In this document: positions 48,241 to 59,604 of the stretch, piece after piece
Numbering within the stretch: position 1 is the first letter of the stretch
How the letters are laid out: each line of letters opens with the position of its first letter
Assembly: GCA_963751455.1 (NCBI GenBank)
Contig: CAVVUN010000015.1
Span: 1,408,001 to 1,472,000 of the forward strand
Source: Nitrospirota bacterium
GTDB taxonomy: Bacteria; Nitrospirota; UBA9217
Direction of reading: 5' to 3'
DNA length: 64,000 nucleotides
Notes under the pieces: model-generated
What the model was told of the DNA's origin: nothing
Databases searched by the model: none
What the model saw: only the letters and a program-made list of their open reading frames with translations
Translations under genes and position numbers: made by a program

Positions 48241-50145
48241 CTAGCCGAATATTACTACAATCCCCACAAACACCACGGCCCCGAGCGTCAGAGCCATCGC
48301 ATACCAACGGATATTTCCTGTCTGGGTGCTGCTCAAGAGAGAATGCATTCCACGGTTTATTGCCGCAATTCCGGAATAGCCGGCATCGAAAAAATCACTT
48401 TTATTTATCCGCGCAATCCAGAGAAACGGCCGGACCAGAAACGTATCATAAAGCCGGTCAAAGCCCCATCCTGAGAACCAGAAGCTGCCAAGCCGCAAGC
48501 CGAGGGGGCTTTGCGAAAGACTGTGCGCTATTTCGGGCCGCCTAATAAATAATACAAAGGCTGCCAGAATACCGGCGAGTGATACGATCGATGCAATTGC
48601 CATGGACATCAGTTCATTGGTTTCAATTCCCTGTTCCGTCAGAGGCTCCGAAAACACGGGTATCAGAAAATCGGAAAAGAGATGAACGTTGCCGACCGTT
48701 TCGGGCATCTGCACGAAGCCGCCGACTATGGACAAAAGGGCGAGTATGACCAGAGGCAGCCTGGTTATCACTCCCGGCTTCCAGCTCACTTCCAGCTTCG
48801 CTTTCCCGAAGAACGTCACGAACACCATGCGAAACGTGTAGAGAGAGGTGATCAATGCTCCCGCAAGACCTGCAATCCAGAGCCAGAGGCCGCCCTGTTG
48901 AAAACTTAATGCCCGGGCCAGGATGAGGTCCTTGCTGTAGAAGCCCGCGGTGACGAGCGGAAGCGCAGAAAGCGAGGCCGCGCCAATAACAAAAGTCCAG
49001 AACGTAACCGGAAGCCTTGTACGCAAGCCGCCCATCTTCGACATATCGTGCTCTTCATGCTGCGCAAGAATGACCACGCCTGCGCCGAGAAACAGGAGCG
49101 CCTTGAAAAACGCATGCGTCATGAAATGAAACATTGCCGCCGACCATGCGCCCACGCCCAGGGCCAGGAACATGTACCCGATCTGGCTGATCGTGGAGTA
49201 CGCGAGCACGCGCTTGATGTCCTTTTGAACGAGGGCGCTGCATCCCGCAAGCAAAAGCGTGGCAGCGCCGATCACGGCAACAGCGATTTGCACGGAAGGC
49301 GCCAGAGAAAAAAGCACATGGGTACGGGCGATAAGGTACACACCCGCGGTCACCATGGTTGCCGCATGGATCAAAGCGCTGACAGGGGTAGGGCCGGCCA
49401 TGGCATCGGGCAGCCACGTCTGGAGCGGCAGCTGAGCGGATTTACCGACAGCGCCGCCGAGCAGGAGCGCTGCGGCAATTGTCGGCAGCGTTGATCCCAC
49501 AGGCCAGTTCTGAGCCGCGGCCTGCATCAACTCCCGGATATTCAAGGTGCCGAGGTGCGTTAAAAGCAGAAAAAGTCCCAAAGCCATGGCCGTGTCGCCC
49601 ACCCGGGTAACAATGAAAGCCTTCCGGGCGGCATAGCCGTTGACCGGGTCTTTATACCAGAAGCCGATCAGCAAATAGCTGCAGAGGCCGACGCCTTCCC
49701 ATCCGAGATACAGAAGCAGCAGGTTGTCGGCCAGCACCAGCACGAGCATGGAGCCTACGAAAAGATTCATGTACGCGAAGAACCGGGAGTAGCCTTCTTC
49801 GTTCGCCATATGCTCGACGGAGTAAAGATGAATAAGGAACCCTACGATTGTGATGACCAGCGTCATGAGCAGGGAGAGGGGATCGAGCGTAAAGGATACG
49901 TCGACAGCATATCTTTCGAACTGCATCCACGTCCATAGTGTTTGGGTAAAGCTCCGGTCCTGAGGAAGCCTGGCCGCTAAATCGATTGCCGTGACTGTTG
50001 AAAGAAGAGCCGACATTCCTACAGAGCCTGTTCCTGCAAGCGCGACGGAAAACTTCGAAAGACGTTTTCCGAAGAGCGCCAGAAGCAGGAACCCGGCAAA
50101 GGGAAGAGCTGGTATAAGAAATAGAAATTTTAACATATCAACCAT
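48241..50145 (-). CDS. nuoL: NADH-quinone oxidoreductase subunit L (start 50145 or 50136)
   Basis: GWEGVGLCSY, GKSAQLPLQTWLPDAMAGPTP. Confidence 0.95.
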   Translation of the reverse strand: MVDMLKFLFLIPALPFAGFLLLALFGKRLSKFSVALAGTGSVGMSALLSTVTAIDLAARLPQDRSFTQTLWTWMQFERYAVDVSFTLDPLSLLMTLVITIVGFLIHLYSVEHMANEEGYSRFFAYMNLFVGSMLVLVLADNLLLLYLGWEGVGLCSYLLIGFWYKDPVNGYAARKAFIVTRVGDTAMALGLFLLLTHLGTLNIRELMQAAAQNWPVGSTLPTIAAALLLGGAVGKSAQLPLQTWLPDAMAGPTPVSALIHAATMVTAGVYLIARTHVLFSLAPSVQIAVAVIGAATLLLAGCSALVQKDIKRVLAYSTISQIGYMFLALGVGAWSAAMFHFMTHAFFKALLFLGAGVVILAQHEEHDMSKMGGLRTRLPVTFWTFVIGAASLSALPLVTAGFYSKDLILARALSFQQGGLWLWIAGLAGALITSLYTFRMVFVTFFGKAKLEVSWKPGVITRLPLVILALLSIVGGFVQMPETVGNVHLFSDFLIPVFSEPLTEQGIETNELMSMAIASIVSLAGILAAFVLFIRRPEIAHSLSQSPLGLRLGSFWFSGWGFDRLYDTFLVRPFLWIARINKSDFFDAGYSGIAAINRGMHSLLSSTQTGNIRWYAMALTLGAVVFVGIVVIFG

Positions 50146-50155
50146 CAAAGGCTTT

Positions 50156-50230
50156 ATCCGCAGATTTCGCAGATCGAATGAATACAAGAACTGACTCGTT
50201 TAATCTTTAAAATCTGTGTAATCTGCGGAT
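50156..50230. repeat. 9-mer-armed hairpin (CGCAGATT family) between nuoK and nuoL
   Basis: ATCCGCAGATTTCGCAGAT...ATCTGTGTAATCTGCGGAT. Confidence 0.8.
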
Positions 50231-50239
50231 TATGGTGCA

Positions 50240-50551
50240 TCAGCCCTTCATTCTGCTTGCAGCGTCCGCATCGAGGGTGTCAAATCTGTGATACATCTGC
50301 AGCACCAGCGCAAGACCCACGGATACCTCGGCAGCAGCCATGGTCACGATAAATATGAACATAACTTGCCCGTCAGCCTGTGCCCATTTGGCGCCTGCCG
50401 ACACGAAGGCAAGGCCGACTGCGTTCAGCATAATTTCGACCGACATGAGCATAAATACGATGTTCCGACGGACCAGCACGCCGATCAATCCCAGAACAAA
50501 AAGGATTGCAGCAAGCATGAGGCCGTGTTCCATGGGGACGTTTGCGATCAT
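50240..50551 (-). CDS. nuoK: NADH-quinone oxidoreductase subunit K
   Basis: RRN, EIMLN, AAAE.SVGLAL. Confidence 0.95.
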   Translation of the reverse strand: MIANVPMEHGLMLAAILFVLGLIGVLVRRNIVFMLMSVEIMLNAVGLAFVSAGAKWAQADGQVMFIFIVTMAAAEVSVGLALVLQMYHRFDTLDADAASRMKG

Positions 50552-50568
50552 TGAAACTCCGGGAGAAT

Positions 50569-50668
50569 GAATTGTAAATTGTAAATATTAAATTGCAAAA
50601 CGCAAAGTGATTTGATTGAAATACCTTTTCACTTTAAAATTTGCAATTTGCACCTTGCAATTTGAAAT
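50569..50668. repeat. 7-mer-armed hairpin (TGCAAAN family) between nuoJ and nuoK
   Basis: AATTGTAAATTGTAAA...TTTGCAATTTGCACCTTGCAATTTGAAAT. Confidence 0.8.
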
Positions 50669-50670
50669 GC

Positions 50671-51162
50671 TTAATGCTTATGCGGCCTGCCCAGATGGTA
50701 TGCGCCGATCAGCCCTGCGAGCAAAAGCATGGATGCCAGCTCGACACCGAGCACGTAAGGGCCGAACAAGGCTATGCCGATCTGCTTCGGCCCGACAGCA
50801 TTTCCGGACGCCATTTTGGGGCCCCCGATCAATACATATATAAGCTCGAGAGCGAGCACCAGCGCAAGGAGCGATGGCCCGAGCCATACCCGAGGGCTCA
50901 GCCACAGCGATTCCTGTTTCGCAGCTTCCGGGCCGATGTTCAGCATCATAATTACGAAAACGAAGAGAACCATGATTGCGCCGGCATAGATGATTACTTC
51001 CAGGGCCGACGCAAACGACGCGCCGAGGGACAAAAAAACGAGCGCCACGGCGAGCAGGGAAACGATGAGATAGAGCAATGCATGCACAGCGTTCTTCCCG
51101 CTCACGACCATGAAGGTCGCCAGTACGGCAACGACAGCTGATATGTAGAAAAGAAGATTCAT
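50671..51162 (-). CDS. nuoJ: NADH-quinone oxidoreductase subunit J
   Basis: IIYAGAIMVLFVFVIM. Confidence 0.95.
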   Translation of the reverse strand: MNLLFYISAVVAVLATFMVVSGKNAVHALLYLIVSLLAVALVFLSLGASFASALEVIIYAGAIMVLFVFVIMMLNIGPEAAKQESLWLSPRVWLGPSLLALVLALELIYVLIGGPKMASGNAVGPKQIGIALFGPYVLGVELASMLLLAGLIGAYHLGRPHKH

Positions 51163-51197
51163 TGAATACTCAGTTAAACTTCACGCAATACCGTCTA

Positions 51198-51302
51198 GCC
51201 GCAAAAATGCCACAAAAATCGCAAAATTAATCTTGCGCCTCTTGCCTGCACCCAGTGCTTACGAGTGCGCTCGCGCGAATGCAGGGTGCGCCTTTTTGCG
51301 GC
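51198..51302. repeat. ~9-mer-armed hairpin between nuoI and nuoJ with a nested CCTGCAC...GAATGCAGGGTG insert (51245-51288)
   Basis: GCCGCAAAAA...TTTTTGCGGC arms; right arm interrupted by the insert. Confidence 0.75.
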
Positions 51303-51331
51303 AAATATTATTTTATCCTTTGTAAAATACC

Positions 51332-51847
51332 TTACGGCAGCAAACTCTTCACATCCACAACCGGCTCTTCTTCGATCCCTTCGCCCTTGCCCTTTCCTCC
51401 GATCGGGATTCCGGCTACCTTGTAATAATTATACCCGTGATACTTGCCCTGTCCGTCGATCAGCAGGTGCTCCTTCTCGTAAACCATTGACTGCCTTTTG
51501 TACTCGCTCATCTCGTATTCGGGGGTAAGCTGAATCGCGTATGTAGGACAAGCTTCCTCGCAAAACCCGCAAAAGATGCAGCGCGAAAAATTGATCCTGA
51601 AGAAGGCGGGATAGCGTCTTCCGGTTTCGTCGGTTGCCGCCTGGAGCGCAATGCAGTCGACCGGGCACGCAACCGCGCAGAGATAACAGGCGACGCATCG
51701 TTCCTTGCCGTCGGGATCCCGTGAAAGGATGATCCGTCCGCGCCAGCGGGGCGGGAGTCGCTGTTTCTCTTCCGGATACTGGATCGTCACCCTTTTCCGG
51801 AACGTGTGCAATAACATACCACCGATGGTTTTTATTATACTCAGCAT
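51332..51847 (-). CDS. nuoI: NADH-quinone oxidoreductase subunit I
   Basis: [24 protein letters not shown]. Confidence 0.95.
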   Translation of the reverse strand: MLSIIKTIGGMLLHTFRKRVTIQYPEEKQRLPPRWRGRIILSRDPDGKERCVACYLCAVACPVDCIALQAATDETGRRYPAFFRINFSRCIFCGFCEEACPTYAIQLTPEYEMSEYKRQSMVYEKEHLLIDGQGKYHGYNYYKVAGIPIGGKGKGEGIEEEPVVDVKSLLP

Positions 51848-51853
51848 GGGATC

Positions 51854-52807
51854 CTATCCTTTTGCAAGCACAATCCCCCCGGTCACCAGCAGATTCAGCA
51901 GTACAAGGGGCAGCATGACTTTCCAGCCGAACGCCATCAACTGGTCGAACCTGAGCCGGGGCAGCGATGCCCGGAGCAGGATGAACAGGCAGATGAACAC
52001 GAACGTCTTGAGGAAAAACCAGATAAACGGCGGGAGCACAGGGCCCAGCCAGCCGCCGAAAAACAGGGTCGTTATCATTGAGGCTATCAGCGTGATCCCG
52101 AGGTATTCGCCGACGAAGAACATCCCGAATTTGAGTCCTGAATATTCCGCATGAAAGCCGGCAACCAGCTCGTTCTCGGCCTCCGGCAGGTCGAACGGCA
52201 GGCGGTGCGTCTCGGCCACTCCCGCGATGAGGAAGATCACAAAGCCCGGAAATTGCGGAAAGACAAACCAGAGCCCGCGCTGAGCGTCAACGATATCGAC
52301 AAGATTGAACGAGCCCGCGAGCATCACCGTGCCCATGAGCGAAAGTCCCATGAAGACCTCATAGCTCAACATCTGCGCCGCTCCCCGCAGTCCCCCGATC
52401 AGCGCGTATTTGCTGTTTGATGCCCACCCGGCAAGGACTACGCTGTATACTCCGAGCGAGGACATCGCCAGGAAGAAGAGCACTCCGACGTTGAGGTCCA
52501 CCACCTGGATCCCGGGAGCAAACGGTATCACGGCAAATGACAAAAAGGTCGTGATCATGATGACGGCAGGGGCGAGCACGAATACCGGCTTGTCTGCAAA
52601 AGGCGGGACCCAGTCCTCCTTTGTGAATATTTTAATCATGTCCGCGACGACCTGCAGCAGGCCGAACGGCCCGACACGGTTCGGTCCGTACCGGTCCTGC
52701 CAGAGCGCAAGCAGCCTTCGCTCCAGCCAGATCAAGCCTGCGCTTACCGTGGTAAGGCCGAATAAAACGACGCTTATTATCGCAAGCGGGATGAGGATGG
52801 ATCTCAT
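51854..52807 (-). CDS. nuoH: NADH-quinone oxidoreductase subunit H
   Basis: [20 protein letters not shown]. Confidence 0.95.
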   Translation of the reverse strand: MRSILIPLAIISVVLFGLTTVSAGLIWLERRLLALWQDRYGPNRVGPFGLLQVVADMIKIFTKEDWVPPFADKPVFVLAPAVIMITTFLSFAVIPFAPGIQVVDLNVGVLFFLAMSSLGVYSVVLAGWASNSKYALIGGLRGAAQMLSYEVFMGLSLMGTVMLAGSFNLVDIVDAQRGLWFVFPQFPGFVIFLIAGVAETHRLPFDLPEAENELVAGFHAEYSGLKFGMFFVGEYLGITLIASMITTLFFGGWLGPVLPPFIWFFLKTFVFICLFILLRASLPRLRFDQLMAFGWKVMLPLVLLNLLVTGGIVLAKG

Positions 52808-55596
52808 GGCCCGGCCTCCTGAATATTCTTTACAGCCCTTGCTATCGTTCCCCTGAGAGGAAGATTGGTCGTATACCCTTCCGGCAGCCCGTGGGGCAGG
52901 GCAGCGAGCCCCGAGGGAAGGCCTTGAAGGTGTTTTACCGCAAAAATATATGAAGAGGCATTTAGCTTGACGAGGACTTTTTCTCCTTCATGCGCCTTGA
53001 GTTTCATCGCGTCCTCCGGGTTCAGCCCCACATACGGTTTGGGTGACAGTTCTGCTATCCCCGGTGACAATGCGCTCAGCTCCTCGGACCCGAATATGTG
53101 AAAAAACGGGATGAACAGCCATGAATCCTTGCGGGGCGTAAACGCAAGAGGAATTTTTTTAAAAAAGGACAGTGCTCCTGCGGATCCGGGCTCAAGCAGC
53201 CTCCTTCCCGGATCTCCTCCCTGCAGCGGTCCGCCGACTTCCGCCTGGAACTTATTCATGGCCTGGGGCGAGTTCCATCCCGGCGCCCAGAAGCGCGGAA
53301 TCAGGCTGGAGGGCGGCTTTCCCGGAAAGCCTTCCATTGTAAACGCTAGGGGCGTGTCCGGATCTTTCGCCGGTTTCGGTTCAAAAACGGTTTTATCTGC
53401 GAACATTGCCGTGCGTCCGCTGTACCGGTGCGGCTTGCGCGGTATTTTCATTCCCGCGATACGAAACGCGGCAGAGGGCGCTATGTCAGTGATCCCTCTG
53501 AATACCGGCATTGCCAGAGCCAGGGCATTTATCACATTGTCCAAGCCTTCCCAAGCGCTGTTGGAAGACCGGCCCGATACGCGCAGGATGTCCCTGATCC
53601 AGCGCCAGCTCTCGCTGATTTCGCCAGCCGGAACAAATGCCTGGTAAAAACGCTGCGCTCGACCTTCGTTGTTTATAAGAGTGCCGTCGGCTTCTGCGAA
53701 TGCAGCTGCGGGAAGGACGATGTTTGCTTTTGCCGCGGTCCGGGTTGCCAGATTATCGATCACGATGACATGCTTTATTTTGGCAAAAAAATCGTTTACT
53801 GCGTTCTCATCAGCGCGCCGGTAAAGATCATTTTCCAGAATAACGGCAGTATCGGCCTTGCCTTCCTTAACCTTCTGGAACGCTTTATCAAGGCTGTTGG
53901 CTCCCATCAGCCCCAGGCCCATGGTGTTGCATTCAGGAACCGCATAGGTGAGACAGCAGATCCTGTCGGGTTTAGACAATGCCCATGCCACATTTGCCGC
54001 GGCCTGAATGATTGCATCGCTGCCGCATCCCACGCCCGAAACAATAAGAGGCCGCTGGGCCTTCCCAAGGTCCTGCGCGATAGAAGCTGCAAGGAAGCGT
54101 GACGCATCATCAAGTCCCGAAACGGGAGGCATCGCGCTGTTCAACTCGTGTGCCACAGCGAAACCGAGCCGCGCAATATCGTCAGGCGCAGCGCGATAGA
54201 CGCGGGCTGCCAGGTCATCAAGCCTGGTCGGATAGGGCGCTGCAATCGAGAGAGCCGGCTTGACGCCCTGTGCTGCATTGCGCACTGCGGCGTCGTCCCA
54301 GAGGGGAATACCCTGCTTCGCGGCAGTTTCGAATTCCTTGTGCCGGGCTGCCTGCCTGAGCGCAAGAGCGAGCAGGGGCGCTGTATTGGTCGCGTCCTCT
54401 CCGAGTACTAATATTGCGTCGCACGATTCTACCTCCCGAAGGGAAGGAGAGCGGGCAGGTCCATTTCGCAGAATATCGATAATCAGGGATACAAGGTTTG
54501 CATCGTTGTGGAACATGCCTGTGTAGAAGTTTTGCTCTCCAACCAGCGTGCGAAGGGCGAAATTCGATTCCAATGAGGCGCGGGGAGATCCGATGCCGAT
54601 GATGCCTTTGCTTGCGGACAGGATCTTACTGATCTCCTCAAGGGCTGTCTCCTTAGGAACAGGCTGTACCCCCTCACCCCGGCCCTCTCCCGCAGGAGGA
54701 GAGGGTGTAGCCCCTCGATCATGTAGCACGGGGAAGGGGGATTTCAGGAGAGCGTTTCTGATCCTCCGCTCGCTGTTCACGAACTCGTACCCGAAGCGGC
54801 CGCGGTCGCAGAGAAAATAACGGTTTACTTCTCCATTATATCTTGTGCGGATACGCCGGAGTTCGCCGTAGCGTTCGCCCGGTATGGTATTGCATCCAAC
54901 TCCGCAGTGAACGCAGATTGAAGGCGCTGTCTGCAGGTCCCATTTTCGTGTATAGCGCTTCTGGAAGGTCTTGTCCGTAAAAACGCCGGTAGGACAGATT
55001 TCGACCAGATTGCCGCTGAATTCATTTTCGAGTACGCCGTCCTTTTGCCGGCCGAAATAGACATGATCATGGCAGCCGAAAACGTCAAGGTCGCGCCCGC
55101 CCGCGTAATCCCGGTAATACCGGACGCAGCGGTAGCACTGAATGCAGCGGTTCATCTCATGCGCCACAAAAGGACCGAGATACTGGTTCGGGTACGTGCG
55201 CTTCCTGAATCTCGTCCTTCGATAAACATGCCCGGTCATAACGGTCATATCCTGCAAGTGGCATTCCCCGCCCTCGTCGCAGACCGGACAGTCGTGAGGA
55301 TGGTTCAGCATGAGCAGTTCTACGATGCTCTTGCGGAACGACTTTGCCTCTGGGTCCTCGATCGAGATGCGTATGCCTTCTGTTGCAGGAGTCATGCAGG
55401 ACATGACAATCTTGCCGCGAGTGTCCTTCTCGTCTTTAAACTGTTTCACCGCGCATTGCCTGCAGGCGCCCACGGAATGCATGGCCGGGTGCCAGCAGAA
55501 ATACGGGATGTCGAAGCCCAGGGAAAGGCAAGCGTGCAATAAATTTTGCCCGGGCTTGACTTGGTAAGGCTTGTTTTCGATATAAATGGTAATCAT
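52804..55596 (-). CDS. nuoG: NADH-quinone oxidoreductase subunit G with an in-frame palindromic insertion
   Basis: CWH...[33 protein letters not shown]. Confidence 0.95.
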   Translation of the reverse strand: MITIYIENKPYQVKPGQNLLHACLSLGFDIPYFCWHPAMHSVGACRQCAVKQFKDEKDTRGKIVMSCMTPATEGIRISIEDPEAKSFRKSIVELLMLNHPHDCPVCDEGGECHLQDMTVMTGHVYRRTRFRKRTYPNQYLGPFVAHEMNRCIQCYRCVRYYRDYAGGRDLDVFGCHDHVYFGRQKDGVLENEFSGNLVEICPTGVFTDKTFQKRYTRKWDLQTAPSICVHCGVGCNTIPGERYGELRRIRTRYNGEVNRYFLCDRGRFGYEFVNSERRIRNALLKSPFPVLHDRGATPSPPAGEGRGEGVQPVPKETALEEISKILSASKGIIGIGSPRASLESNFALRTLVGEQNFYTGMFHNDANLVSLIIDILRNGPARSPSLREVESCDAILVLGEDATNTAPLLALALRQAARHKEFETAAKQGIPLWDDAAVRNAAQGVKPALSIAAPYPTRLDDLAARVYRAAPDDIARLGFAVAHELNSAMPPVSGLDDASRFLAASIAQDLGKAQRPLIVSGVGCGSDAIIQAAANVAWALSKPDRICCLTYAVPECNTMGLGLMGANSLDKAFQKVKEGKADTAVILENDLYRRADENAVNDFFAKIKHVIVIDNLATRTAAKANIVLPAAAFAEADGTLINNEGRAQRFYQAFVPAGEISESWRWIRDILRVSGRSSNSAWEGLDNVINALALAMPVFRGITDIAPSAAFRIAGMKIPRKPHRYSGRTAMFADKTVFEPKPAKDPDTPLAFTMEGFPGKPPSSLIPRFWAPGWNSPQAMNKFQAEVGGPLQGGDPGRRLLEPGSAGALSFFKKIPLAFTPRKDSWLFIPFFHIFGSEELSALSPGIAELSPKPYVGLNPEDAMKLKAHEGEKVLVKLNASSYIFAVKHLQGLPSGLAALPHGLPEGYTTNLPLRGTIARAVKNIQEAGP
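54669..54745. repeat. palindromic repeat inserted in-frame in nuoG
   Basis: CCCCTCACCCCGGCCCTCTCCCGCAGGAGGAGAGGG...GGGGAAGGGGGATT; related remnant at ~21892-21922. Confidence 0.7.
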
Positions 55597-55611
55597 GATT
55601 AAACCGAATCA

Positions 55612-55793
55612 GCCACGGATGAACACGGATACACACGGATAACTACTTCAATTTTTGGGAATGCGCTTCCACGTGGATTCGGCATCCACACATTTATTTT
55701 CATCCGTGTCAATCCGCCTGCACACAGCGTTTCGAGCCTGCGGCTAGCGCTTATGAGTGCAAAGCGCGAATGCAGGGTGTGTCCATCAGTGGC
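55612..55793. repeat. 9-mer-armed hairpin (ACACGGAT family) between nuoF and nuoG with nested insert 55717-55779
   Basis: GCCACGGATGAACACGGATACACACGGAT...ATCCGTGTCAATCCG[insert]TGTCCATCAGTGGC. Confidence 0.8.
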
Positions 55794-55800
55794 AAAGACT

Positions 55801-57075
55801 CTATTTTTTCCACGGGCATTTCTTCTCTTTAATATGCCGCTCAAAATCTTCCTTGAACATTTTGAGCCCGCTCCTGAGCGGCTCCATGGCGCCCGGAGCA
55901 AGCGCGCAGTAAGTCTTGCCGAGCCAGAGGTTGTCGCCGAGCATTTTGAGCTTGTCCATGTCGTCCGGCTCGCCCATGCCGTTTTCGATCGCTGCCAGGA
56001 TCCTCGTCACCCACGGCAGGCCCTCACGGCAGGGAGTGCACCAGCCGCACGATTCGCGGGCAAAGAAATATTCGAGATTATACAGCGCGGCAACCGGGCA
56101 TGTTTTGTCGTCGAGTACGATCATCGTCCCCGTGCCCATTCTGCTGCCGGCCTTCATGACCGAGTCGAAGTCCATTTTAACGTCGAAATGCTCCCTGCCG
56201 AGAAATTCGGTGGATGCGCCGCCGGGGATAAGGGCTTTGAACCCGTAGCCCTCCTTCATGCCTCCCGCATGCTCTTCGAAAATCTCCCGGATCGTCGTAC
56301 CCATGGGCAGCTCCCATAATCCGGGCTTCTTAACCCGCCCGCTCACACCGTAGATCTTTGTTCCGCTGTCCTCTGAACGGCTCAGTCCTCTGTACCATTC
56401 AGCGCCGTTGCGGATGATACCGGGAATGTTGCAGAGCGTCTCCGTGTTATTAACAATGGTCGGTTTACCCCATAAGCCGCTCACCTGCGGGAACGGAGGC
56501 TTCGACCGCGGCTGCGCGCGTTTCCCTTCAAGCGCGTTCAACAGTCCTGTCTCTTCTCCGCACATGTAGCGCCCCGCGCTTACATGGACGTGCAGCTCCA
56601 GGTCATAGCCGGACCCGAATATATTTTTACCGAGAAAGCCTTTCCGATAGGCCTCCTGTATCGCCGTAGCCAACCTTTTTTCAGAAAGCTTATATTCATA
56701 GCGCAGAAATATGTAGGCAATTCCTGCCCGGATCGCAAGGGCGCTTATGATCATTCCCTCGATGAGCAGGTGCGGATTTTTTTCTAGCAGCATCCGGTCC
56801 TTGAACGTGCCCGGCTCCATCTCGTCGGCGTTCGCGATCAGATACCTCGGTTTCGGCGCGTCGTCTCCCATCGGAACGAAGCTCCACTTCATGCCGGTAT
56901 TGAAGCCGGCGCCGCCGCGGCCGCGCAGGTTCGAGTTCTTTACGAGCTCCTGGATTTCTCCGGGAGCCATGGTTACGGCTTTGCGGGCCGCCTCGTAGCC
57001 GCCGGTCCTCTCGTATTCCGGGAGGGTCAAAGCCCCTCCATCGGCTTTCATATGTTGTGTAAGCGGACGTTCCAT
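55801..57075 (-). CDS. nuoF: NADH-quinone oxidoreductase subunit F
   Basis: GRGGAGF, NADE.EPG, YMCGEET, ESCGWCTPCREG. Confidence 0.95.
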   Translation of the reverse strand: MERPLTQHMKADGGALTLPEYERTGGYEAARKAVTMAPGEIQELVKNSNLRGRGGAGFNTGMKWSFVPMGDDAPKPRYLIANADEMEPGTFKDRMLLEKNPHLLIEGMIISALAIRAGIAYIFLRYEYKLSEKRLATAIQEAYRKGFLGKNIFGSGYDLELHVHVSAGRYMCGEETGLLNALEGKRAQPRSKPPFPQVSGLWGKPTIVNNTETLCNIPGIIRNGAEWYRGLSRSEDSGTKIYGVSGRVKKPGLWELPMGTTIREIFEEHAGGMKEGYGFKALIPGGASTEFLGREHFDVKMDFDSVMKAGSRMGTGTMIVLDDKTCPVAALYNLEYFFARESCGWCTPCREGLPWVTRILAAIENGMGEPDDMDKLKMLGDNLWLGKTYCALAPGAMEPLRSGLKMFKEDFERHIKEKKCPWKK

Positions 57076-57103
57076 GTATGATGTTAAACTCCCGAATCCT
57101 TTT

Positions 57104-57190
57104 TATCCGCAGATTACGCAGATGCCACAGATTAAGCCAAACTCGAATTATGGTTCTAAAATCTGCGTCCCTCGGCGTAATCTGCGGATA
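57104..57190. repeat. 9-mer-armed hairpin (CGCAGATT family) between nuoE and nuoF
   Basis: TATCCGCAGATTACGCAGAT...ATCTGCGT...GTAATCTGCGGATA. Confidence 0.8.
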
Positions 57191-57220
57191 GATTCTGTAA
57201 AGAGTTCCTGAATAGCAATG

Positions 57221-57685
57221 TTATTTCAATCTTCCCAATATCTCATCCAGCCTCCGGGGCGTAAGCTCGCCGTAGACCTCGCGGTCGATCATCATCGCGG
57301 GCGCCTGGTCGCACACACCGAGGCAGGGGATGGGAACAAGAGTGAACTTGCCGTCGGCACTCGTCCCTCCCCACGTGATTCCAAGACGCGACCTCAGATG
57401 ATCAAACACTTCCTGCTGCCCGACGATCCAGCAGCTGATGGTATTGCAGATATGGATTACATGCCTGCCGACCGGTTTGCGGTATATAAGATTGTAGAAC
57501 GTGGCAACGCTGTCCAACTCATCGGGCGTCATGTCCAGCATGCCGGCCACGTCTTTCAGTCCATCTTCGGAGACCCATCCGCGGTGCCGCTGAACGATCT
57601 TCAGCGCATCCACGCATGCAGCCCGCTTGTGCTCGTATTGCTTGAGCTCTGCCTCGATTTCCTGTTTTTCCTGTTCGCTTAGCAT
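57221..57685 (-). CDS. nuoE: NADH-quinone oxidoreductase subunit E
   Basis: VATFY, CNTISC, CLGVC. Confidence 0.93.
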   Translation of the reverse strand: MLSEQEKQEIEAELKQYEHKRAACVDALKIVQRHRGWVSEDGLKDVAGMLDMTPDELDSVATFYNLIYRKPVGRHVIHICNTISCWIVGQQEVFDHLRSRLGITWGGTSADGKFTLVPIPCLGVCDQAPAMMIDREVYGELTPRRLDEILGRLK

Positions 57686-57692
57686 AAAAATA

Positions 57693-57757
57693 TTATCCGC
57701 AGATTTCACAGATTTTCGCAGATTTTAATCCGAGTAATCTGCGTAATCTGTGGATAA
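57693..57757. repeat. 9-mer-armed hairpin (CGCAGATT family) between nuoCD and nuoE
   Basis: TTATCCGCAGATTTCACAGATT...AATCTGCGTAATCTGTGGATAA. Confidence 0.8.
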
Positions 57758-57761
57758 AAAA

Positions 57762-59498
57762 TCACCTATCCACATCCCCCATGATAAAATCGATGCTCCC
57801 CAGGATTGCGATCAGGTCCGAGATATTCCGTCCGCGGCACATCTTCGGCACCACCTGCAGGTGCGGGAACGAAGGGGTTCGGATGCGCGTGCGATAAGAC
57901 TGGGTATTCCCGTCGCTGATCAGGTAATAGGTATTGAAGCCCTTTGCTGCCTCCGTACCGAACGCTGCCTCTCCGGGAGGGATCACCGGTCCCCAGCTCA
58001 CATTCAGAAAGTGATCTATGAGCGTTTCAATATCGAACATGGTTTTGTCTTTACGGGGCGGCGTGGCGAGGGGATGGTCCGACTTCGACGGACCGGGAGG
58101 CATGTTATTCAGGCACTGCTCGACAATGCGAAGGCTCTGCCTCATTTCCTCAACGCGGACGAGCGCGCGGTCATAACTGTCGCCGTGCGTTGCGGTCGGG
58201 ATGTCGAACTCGAACTTGTCGTAACCCGAATACGGCCTCTTCTTGCGGACGTCCCATTCGAATCCGCACGCCCGCAGATTCGGCCCGGTTACCCCCCACT
58301 CGATCGCTTCATCGCGCGTCAACGCACCCACGCCTCTGGTGCGGGCCTTGACGATGCGGTTCTGCATTATCAGGCGGTCGTACTCTCGCAGCCTGGCCGG
58401 CATATAATCCAGAAAATCGCGGACCAGCCTCTCCCATCCGTTTGGAAGGTCTGCAGCAACTCCACCTATACGGAACCAGCCGGGGTGCATGCGGAACCCG
58501 CAGACAGCCTCGACAATCGTGTAAAAGCGCTCCCGGTCATTGAAGGTGAAGAACAGGGGCGATAACTGGCCCAGGTCTCCGGCAAACGTGCCGTACCATA
58601 TGAGGTGGTTCGCGATCCGGTAGAGTTCCGCAAGCATCACCCTTATCACTTTGGCCCTGTCGGGCACTTCTATTCCCGCGAGCTTTTCCACCGCGAGTAT
58701 ATACGGGAACTCGTTCAGGACTCCGGCAAGGTAATCGATCCTGTCCGTGTACGGAATATACGTATGCCATGTCTGACGCTCCGCCATCTTTTCCTGCGCG
58801 CGGTGGTGGTAGCCGATGTCCATGATCGCATTCACCACTTCTTCGCCGTCGAGCTCGAGGATTATGCGCAGCACTCCGTGCGTGCCCGTGTGATGAGGCC
58901 CGAGATTCAGGAACATGTAGTCGGTTCCGTTCTTCCTGCGAGGAAGTCCCCATTCCTCGGGATGGAACTCCATGGCCTGCTCCTCCTTTATTTCCTTGTC
59001 TTCCGACAGGCTGAACTTGCTGAGTTCAGTCCGGCGCGCAGGGTGTTCTTTGCGAAGCGGGTGGCCTTTCCAGGTTGCGGGCATCAGGATCCGGCGCAGA
59101 TGGGGATGGCCTTCGATGTTAATGCCGAACATGTCCCATACTTCACATTCATACCAGTCGGCTGATTGCCAGATGCCGGTTATGGACTTGACGGACGGTT
59201 TATCGCCTTTGAGGGAGACCTTGATCCTTACGTCGCTGTTGCGGTCAAAAGAGAGGAGGTGATAGACTACGGTAAAGTCGCTATCGGGCTGTTCCGGCCT
59301 GTTCGAACGGACCCGCTCGTCGATTGCGCTCATATCATACAGCATCTTGTACGGCGCGTCGGCCTCTGTTTTAAGGTATCTCAGGATTTCGTGGAGTGTG
59401 GCCTGGCCGGTCCAGAACGTCGGGATTTCATCACGGGTGGCCTGTGGCGTTATTGCTGACTCGCCGAATCGTCTTTGCAATTCCTGGATTATATCCAT
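57762..59498 (-). CDS. nuoC: fused NADH-quinone oxidoreductase subunit C/D
   Basis: WDMFGI..GHP.LRRI, GPHH..THGVLR, terminal GDVDR. Confidence 0.95.
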   Translation of the reverse strand: MDIIQELQRRFGESAITPQATRDEIPTFWTGQATLHEILRYLKTEADAPYKMLYDMSAIDERVRSNRPEQPDSDFTVVYHLLSFDRNSDVRIKVSLKGDKPSVKSITGIWQSADWYECEVWDMFGINIEGHPHLRRILMPATWKGHPLRKEHPARRTELSKFSLSEDKEIKEEQAMEFHPEEWGLPRRKNGTDYMFLNLGPHHTGTHGVLRIILELDGEEVVNAIMDIGYHHRAQEKMAERQTWHTYIPYTDRIDYLAGVLNEFPYILAVEKLAGIEVPDRAKVIRVMLAELYRIANHLIWYGTFAGDLGQLSPLFFTFNDRERFYTIVEAVCGFRMHPGWFRIGGVAADLPNGWERLVRDFLDYMPARLREYDRLIMQNRIVKARTRGVGALTRDEAIEWGVTGPNLRACGFEWDVRKKRPYSGYDKFEFDIPTATHGDSYDRALVRVEEMRQSLRIVEQCLNNMPPGPSKSDHPLATPPRKDKTMFDIETLIDHFLNVSWGPVIPPGEAAFGTEAAKGFNTYYLISDGNTQSYRTRIRTPSFPHLQVVPKMCRGRNISDLIAILGSIDFIMGDVDR

Positions 59499-59512
59499 CA
59501 AGGCCTCAAGAT

Positions 59513-59599
59513 GAGTTGCAGTATCAGAGTGTCAGAATAGCAAGGTGTTGTCGTATCACTCGACCCTTGACGCTATGATACTTTGACACTTTGGCACTC
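59513..59599. repeat. 8-mer-armed hairpin (AGTRTCAG family) between nuoB and nuoCD
   Basis: AGTATCAGAGTGTCAG...TGATACTTTGACACTTTGGCACTC. Confidence 0.78.
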
Positions 59600-59604
59600 G
59601 GCTC

